From the NCBI GenBank assembly GCA_044222185.1, contig JBGANV010000005.1:160001-224000 (forward strand): DNA of 64,000 nt, given 5' to 3'. Positions 59,201 to 64,000 of this stretch are shown piece after piece. The translations under genes and the position numbers were made by a program. How positions within the stretch are numbered: the stretch's first letter is position 1; every line of letters starts with the position of its first letter. The notes beneath the pieces were generated by a model. The model worked only from the letters and a program-made list of their open reading frames with translations, was not told the origin of the DNA and made no database searches. Source of the DNA: Planctomycetota bacterium. Lineage in GTDB: Bacteria > Planctomycetota > GCA-002687715 > CAIWVZ01.

Positions 59201-59855
59201 ACGCATCCGGTTGCGGATCCGCGAGGAACGCGTCCATCTCGGCAGTCGTGGGAGGCAGGCCCGTCAGGTCGAGAAACAAACGACGAAGCAGCGTCGCACG
59301 GTCCGCGGGCGCGGACGGCGTGAGGCGGTTCGCTTCGAGCTTGGCCAGCACGAACGTGTCGATGGGATTTCGCGGCCAGTTGGCGGCCTTCACCGCCGGA
59401 AGCAGGGGCCGCCGAGGCGGAACGAAGGACCAGTGCGGCTCGTAGTTCGCGCCCTGCTCGATCCAACGGCGAATCAGGAGCTTCTCGTCGGCCGACAGGG
59501 GTTTTCGGTTGCTGTCCGGCGGGGGCATCGCGAATTCCGGGTCATCGGCGGTGATCCGACGCCAGACTTCGCTCTGGTCAGGCCAGCCGGGGAAGATCGC
59601 ACGCGGCCCCGGGCGATCCGCCGTGGCGGAAGCAGGGTCGTCGAGCCGCAGGTCCGCCTGCCGCCGCTCGCCGTCAGGGCCGTGGCAGATGAAGCATCGA
59701 TCGGACAGCAGGGGCCGGATCTGCCGGTCGTAACTCACGGCCTCGCTGGCCGCCCCAAACCCGGTTCCGGGCAGGGAATGGGCCTCATCGCGGTCGGTCG
59801 TCTCGACCGCCCCGACCGACGCCAACCCGGCGATCAACAACAAGCTCCACTTCAC
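56244..59855 (-). CDS. PSD1/planctomycete cytochrome c protein (DUF1549/DUF1553) with inserted carbohydrate-binding/PA14-like domains
   Basis: LSDRCFICHG, NPIDTF, LDLTGLPPT, WLDAARYAD, CARCHDHKFDP, RRSLY, TPLQAL; LGSDDGFRLFVNG insert. Confidence 0.93.
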   Translation of the reverse strand: MKWSLLLIAGLASVGAVETTDRDEAHSLPGTGFGAASEAVSYDRQIRPLLSDRCFICHGPDGERRQADLRLDDPASATADRPGPRAIFPGWPDQSEVWRRITADDPEFAMPPPDSNRKPLSADEKLLIRRWIEQGANYEPHWSFVPPRRPLLPAVKAANWPRNPIDTFVLAKLEANRLTPSAPADRATLLRRLFLDLTGLPPTTAEMDAFLADPQPDAFERRVDRIMNEEPYRSRMAERLSLPWLDAARYADTCGIHTDGGRQQWPWRDWVLRAFRDNMPFDQFVVEQIAGDLLPGATLDQKVASGFNRNHVTTDEGGAIAEEYLVEYAVDRATTTASALLGLTLGCARCHDHKFDPISQAEFYGFYAFFNSVDEPGLYSQTPDSNRAYEPFISVPRPEQTEAIARARAEVKVLARKQQESSPKADEERRAFDAALPKELSLSWEEPRVVSARSSGGADLALQPDRSILASGKNPDRDVQEITLDVPRGGDDLRLVLLEALGDPSLPFGRVGRSPNGNAVVTGVEVESAETADPGHARKIPVQWIWADVVQPDGDFGPTNVLRGAANTDRGWAVDAHRQAGNRRLMVLTAEPLAKAGPAQVVVRIRYESIYAQHAFGRVRLSLGRLADASRLPVATSDWYAVGPIPPDSDVSVYDRAFGPETATRLDLKKNFGFGNRYWSRRPDVEDGVANGLAGGTGATYLGREIYSPTARKLDVGLGSDDGFRLFVNGKEVAGKNIDRSLKVDEDQATIDLQPGLNFLVMKIVNTGGDAGVYFRQKPAAAVLPHDLAAALLPGFAVTQELSTRMARAWRVAFSSEFREREERIAALGRDIADTEAKIPKAMVMKELPMARATFVLTRGQYDKPDRNRPVTRGIPAALGKIPAGTTVDRLALARWLVSKDNPLVARVAVNRWWEALFGAGLVRTSEDFGSQGESPTHAELLDWLAVEYRESGWDTRKLVRSIVTSATYQQSSTVRKDVREVDPDNRLLAVYPARRLGAEQLRDQALYLSGLLVERFGGPSVKPYQPPGLWQEVAMPASNTRIYEQDSGEGLWRRSLYTYWKRAAPPPSLLTFDAPTRESCVIRRSSTSTPLQALVLWNDPQFVEASRVLAARALKGATSDEARLATLHRSCTGAEPDSRERAALAQALDGFRRRFRASPKDASALIGVGMAPAATDVDPAELAAWTMVASAELNLYRTTTNL

Positions 59856-60055
59856 GCGATGGACTCGACCCGACGAGCGGGACGCGAACCAGGAGGCAGG
59901 CAACGTTCTCGGCGGTCGCCGAGTCTGGGCCCACCCGTTGGGTCTGTCAACGAAGAACGCGCGCGCAGCAAGATCCGTAAGCGGCCTTCGCGGCTCGCTT
60001 CGCCGACCTCGTCATCGGGCCTCCTGCTGCGATCGCGTCGCGCTGATTTCCACCG

Positions 60056-60085
60056 TTGACAGCGGGATTTCAGCCGGACTAAGGT
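60056..60085 (+). promoter_or_regulatory. Putative sigma-70 promoter
   Basis: TTGACA-N18-TAAGGT about 80 nt upstream of ATG 60167. Confidence 0.5.
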
Positions 60086-60166
60086 TCGGCCCAGCACGGC
60101 GAGGAACACCACCGCAGGCCCTGCGGTTCCGCCGGCAACCCGACGCCTGACGTCATCGGAGTTCCC

Positions 60167-61555
60167 ATGTCCGTTTCCAGACGCTTCTCTCGTGCGGCCC
60201 TATGTGCCGCTTTCATCGCCACGCTCTCCTGCGCTCAGACTTGGACTCAGTCAACCCCCACGGCCTCGCCATCCGCGCGGCGCTCCGCCGCAATGGCGTA
60301 CGACCCGAACCTCGGGAAGTGCCTCCTCTACGGCGGCCTCGCCACTGGGCCGACGACGATCCTCGGCGACGTCTGGGCCTTCGATGGAGCGACGTGGGCA
60401 GCAGTGCCGTCCGCGACGACGCCGCCGCCGCGTTGGGGCCATCGCGTGGTCCACGACACTCATCGCAACCGCCTGGTGACCTTCGGCGGGCGCTCACCGA
60501 CCATCACTGCCAACGCCAACGACACGTGGGAATGGGACGGTGTCAACTGGCAGCAGGTGTTCCCCACGGTGTCGCCGTCGGCGCGCGCGTTCTACAGCAT
60601 GGCCTTCGACGAGCGGCGTGGAAGGACCGTGATCTTCGGGGCGCAGATCCCGACCACAGGCGGCCAGACGTGGGAGTACGACGGCACCACGTGGACGCAG
60701 GTCATCACCCCGACCGCCATCCTCGGCCGAGAGACCCCCGCCATGGCCTACGACCGGGGCCGTGGAGTGATCGTGCTCTTCGGTGGCTGGTACGCCGCGT
60801 CGCCCGCCACGATGTACAACGACACCTGGGAGTATGACGGCGTCGATTGGCGCCAGGTCATCACGCCGACGGCGCCGACGGCCCGGTACCGCGCCGCGTT
60901 CGACTACGACGACAGCCGCGGGCGACTCGTCCTCTACGGAGGGTTCGGCAACGCGACCGCACTCACGGATACCTGGGAGTTCGACGGAACGACGTGGACC
61001 CAGACGGCGTCGACGGGCCCGGTGAAGAGCACGGAGTGCATGATGGCGTTCGACCCGACCCTCAACGAACACGTGCATTTCGGCGGCAGCGGTCCCACGG
61101 GGACGAGTGCGGAAACCTGGAGGTACACGGGGGCGTACACCGCGCTCTTCAATCCATTCGGCAAGGGGTGCATCGGGACGGGCGGAACCCCGGCGATCCA
61201 GGCGATCTCACTGCCAATCCTCGGACAGACGTTCGCGCTGAACGTCGTGAACCTTCCGCCGGCGGCTGCGTTCACCACTCTCATCGTCGGGTTCGACAAC
61301 CAGAACGGGCCGTTCGGTCCGCTGCCGTTCGACCTCGGAGTCTTCGGCCTCACGGGCTGCCGACTCGAGACCAACCTCGATCTGTTGCTGCCGCTCCCCG
61401 CCGTCGGTGGTGCCGCGACGATCAGCGTCGGGCTGCCGCTCGACCCACTGCTCGCTGGAGCGGTCTTCTTCACTCAGGCATACACCGACGACGTGCTGTG
61501 CCCGAACGGGATCGGAACGACGAGCGCCGCGGGACGCGGCGTGATCGGGTTCTGA
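60167..61555 (+). CDS. Secreted Kelch-like beta-propeller protein with C-terminal domain
   Basis: Signal peptide; six P.AR....MAYD..RG..VLFGG....DTWE.DG..W repeats. Confidence 0.9.
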   Translation: MSVSRRFSRAALCAAFIATLSCAQTWTQSTPTASPSARRSAAMAYDPNLGKCLLYGGLATGPTTILGDVWAFDGATWAAVPSATTPPPRWGHRVVHDTHRNRLVTFGGRSPTITANANDTWEWDGVNWQQVFPTVSPSARAFYSMAFDERRGRTVIFGAQIPTTGGQTWEYDGTTWTQVITPTAILGRETPAMAYDRGRGVIVLFGGWYAASPATMYNDTWEYDGVDWRQVITPTAPTARYRAAFDYDDSRGRLVLYGGFGNATALTDTWEFDGTTWTQTASTGPVKSTECMMAFDPTLNEHVHFGGSGPTGTSAETWRYTGAYTALFNPFGKGCIGTGGTPAIQAISLPILGQTFALNVVNLPPAAAFTTLIVGFDNQNGPFGPLPFDLGVFGLTGCRLETNLDLLLPLPAVGGAATISVGLPLDPLLAGAVFFTQAYTDDVLCPNGIGTTSAAGRGVIGF

Positions 61556-61589
61556 CCGACGCACGCGCCGGCTGCACGGCGGCGCGCGC

Positions 61590-64000
61590 TCAGCTCGCGG
61601 CGACGCCGCCGGAGTCGCTGACGACGCGCGGCCCGGGCGCATCGAGCACGGCACGGATGCCTCGCCCGAGGTCGTCCGTCGTGAACGGTTTCTGTAGGAA
61701 TCCGGAGCCGCCATCGAGGTCGCCGGATCGGATGACGTCGGCGCTGTAGCCGGACATGTAGAGGACACGGATTCCCGGGCGCTGCAAACGGACGGCTTGC
61801 GCGAGCGCCTGGCCGTTCGCATCTGCCATCAGGACATCCGTGAGCAGCAGTTGGATCGTCCGCGGCTCGCTTCGTGCAATCGTCATGGCCTCCTGGAACG
61901 ACGACGCGACGAGTGGGTCGTATCCCAGGTGCTGCAGCAGGCGAACCACGGTTTGCCTCACGAGTTCCTCGTCCTCGACGACGAGCACGGTCTCGCGCCC
62001 GCCGACCGTCGGCGGCGGCGGCGCCTTCGTCGCGGCAGAGACCTCGGCGCCCTGGTGGCGTGGAACGTAGACCTCGAACGTGGCACCGCGCCCCGGCTGG
62101 CTCTGGACCGTCACGTGCCCACCAGCCTGCTTGACGGCCCCGTAGGCGCTCGCGAGCCCCAAACCCGTGCCCTGCCCCGGGCCTTTCGTCGTGAAGAACG
62201 GCTCGAATATCCGCGGCAGGACCTCGGGGGGAATCCCCGAGCCCGTATCCGCGATCGACAGCACGACGAAGTCGCCGCGCCGGATCTCGGGTGGAGCACC
62301 CTGGCGGTCGTTGCCGACGGTCACGTTGCGCGTCGACAGCGTGAGGGTGCCGCCGTCGGGCATCGCGTCCCTCGCGTTCAGCGCCATGTTCAGGATCACG
62401 TTCTCGAATTGGGTCGGGTCGACGGAAACACGCCAGAGATTCGGCGCGACGGACACCCGCACGGTGACGTTCTCCGGGAACACCCGACGAAGCATCGACT
62501 CGGCCTCTCCCACCATCACGTTCAGGTCGACGACTCGCGGGTCCACCACGTGGCGACGGGAGAACGCGAGGAGCTTGCCCGTGAGCGACGCGGCGCGCTC
62601 GGCCGCGTGTTCCGCGCGCTCGAGTTCGGCTCGCAGTTCCGGGAGCTCGCGAAGCCTCGGGATCGCCAGATGCAAGCTGCCGAGGATGACCGTGATGAGG
62701 TTGTTGAAGTCGTGGGAGATGCCACCTGCGAGTCGGCCCACGCTCTCCAACCGGCGCGCCTGGATCAGGTCCTCCTCCAGCTTGCGGATCTCGGTCACGT
62801 CGCTGGCGTTGCCGACGACGCGCACGACCGTTCCGGAGCCGTCGCGAACGGCGGTCCCGCGATCCCACAGCTGGCGCCAGTCTCCGTCGCGCCCACGAAT
62901 GCGATATCCGCATGCGTAGGAGCCCGGCCCGCCGATCCCGTCCATGATCCGGTTTCGTGCGGCGTCCCGATCGTCGGGATGGATGCGGGCGAACCACCAT
63001 GTGCCGACACGCGGCACGTCTTGAGCCTCCATGCCGAGGACCTTCTCCGTGGCGCCCAGCGTGAAGCGTGACCCGAGCGTCAGGTCCCACTCGTAGATGA
63101 TCGACTCGCTCGCGTCCGCCGCCAGCCGAAACCGATCGTTCGACCTCGACAGCTCGCTCGCGAGCATCTCGCGCTCGAGTTGGAGTTTCCGGCGGGCAGT
63201 GACGTCGTGGACGACGAGCACGGCGCCGTGAATGGCGCCGGTTTCGCTCCGAATGGGCGCGGCCGAATCCTCGATGGCGATCCGCGCCCCGCTGCGCGAC
63301 TCGAGCACCGTGTGGTCCTCAAGTTCGACGACCCGTCCCTCGGCGATCGCCGCTTTCGTCGGAAGTTCTCGCGGCTCACCAGTCATCTCGTCGCGGATGA
63401 CGAAGATCTCGTCGAGCCACTTCTCCCGCGCGTCGGACGTCTGCCACCCGGTGAGATCCTCGGCCGTCGGGTTCAAGTAGGTCACCCTGCCGTGCTGGTC
63501 GGTGGTGATGACGGCGTCACCGATGCTCCTGAGCGTCGTCGAAAGGCGGGTGGCGAGTTCCTGGGCGACGGCGTGAGCCATGCGTCGCGCGGCGTCCTCT
63601 CGGTTCACCCGCTGCGCCGTCGTCCAAACGACCGCACAAATCACGACGATCGTCGCCGTGACGAACAGCCCGCGATCGAACACGTCGTCGTACAGGCCGA
63701 ATCTCACCCCGAGGCCGCAGACGCCCGCCATGACCCAGGGAATGAGGATCGCAGCGGGGAGGATTCGCCGTGCCAGGGTTCCGCCCGCACTCCCCGAAAA
63801 CAGAAGCTGGACGACCGCGTCCGAGGGCGAACTCACGAGAGCCGCCAGGCCGAGCAGCGACAGGCACACCGGCGTGTGGATGGCGACCGAATAAAACGCC
63901 GGAACCCGGTAGAGGGACTCGACGCCGAACGAGTAGCCCGCCAGGCCGGGGATCGCGGCGACGATTGCCGCCGCCGCCGCAACCTGGCGCACCTGCGCAA
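61590..64000 (-). CDS. Membrane-bound PAS-PAS hybrid sensor histidine kinase/response regulator (5' end outside window)
   Basis: TM region, two PAS domains, H-box GGISHDFNNL, ALNARDAM, DTGSGI, FFTTK, GTGLGL, receiver VEDE...TD...FLQKPF. Confidence 0.95.
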   Translation of the reverse strand, partial: AQVRQVAAAAAIVAAIPGLAGYSFGVESLYRVPAFYSVAIHTPVCLSLLGLAALVSSPSDAVVQLLFSGSAGGTLARRILPAAILIPWVMAGVCGLGVRFGLYDDVFDRGLFVTATIVVICAVVWTTAQRVNREDAARRMAHAVAQELATRLSTTLRSIGDAVITTDQHGRVTYLNPTAEDLTGWQTSDAREKWLDEIFVIRDEMTGEPRELPTKAAIAEGRVVELEDHTVLESRSGARIAIEDSAAPIRSETGAIHGAVLVVHDVTARRKLQLEREMLASELSRSNDRFRLAADASESIIYEWDLTLGSRFTLGATEKVLGMEAQDVPRVGTWWFARIHPDDRDAARNRIMDGIGGPGSYACGYRIRGRDGDWRQLWDRGTAVRDGSGTVVRVVGNASDVTEIRKLEEDLIQARRLESVGRLAGGISHDFNNLITVILGSLHLAIPRLRELPELRAELERAEHAAERAASLTGKLLAFSRRHVVDPRVVDLNVMVGEAESMLRRVFPENVTVRVSVAPNLWRVSVDPTQFENVILNMALNARDAMPDGGTLTLSTRNVTVGNDRQGAPPEIRRGDFVVLSIADTGSGIPPEVLPRIFEPFFTTKGPGQGTGLGLASAYGAVKQAGGHVTVQSQPGRGATFEVYVPRHQGAEVSAATKAPPPPTVGGRETVLVVEDEELVRQTVVRLLQHLGYDPLVASSFQEAMTIARSEPRTIQLLLTDVLMADANGQALAQAVRLQRPGIRVLYMSGYSADVIRSGDLDGGSGFLQKPFTTDDLGRGIRAVLDAPGPRVVSDSGGVAAS

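Noticed and set aside
128-63894. Hundreds of long alternative-frame and antisense ORFs in the track (e.g. 23650..26175 +, 45753..48056 +, 33702..35795 +)
   Set aside because: Expected shadows of GC3-rich coding sequence; no motifs, Arg-rich composition

Overview
GC-rich bacterial window, most likely Planctomycetota (DUF1501 plus DUF1549/DUF1553 pair, planctomycete-type cytochrome c domains, Ser/Thr kinase-TPR, many FG-GAP proteins). Contents: a type II secretion/type IV pilus-like operon (1-10144); a porin + haem-protein operon (10178-14791); an 8-gene MoxR/VWA/DUF58/ABC operon (21476-33672); a 9-haem secreted cytochrome; a TIR-STAND-TPR protein; an orphan DUF1851 immunity-like gene; SRAP; a REP/BIME-like repeat cluster; and several secreted beta-propeller/Ig/cupredoxin proteins. 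Two observations stand out. (1) The first gene of the MoxR operon is interrupted by one in-frame TGA in an HxHxxxCxxxx(TGA) context, followed 11 nt later by a perfect hairpin with a GGUC loop. This is the geometry of a bacterial SECIS, so it is a candidate selenoprotein in a family where I know of none. (2) Six unrelated signal-peptide proteins end in a related ~110-150 aa C-terminal domain, suggesting a lineage-specific sorting/anchoring signal whose cargo includes redox proteins. All calls come from motif reading by eye; no database searches were run.
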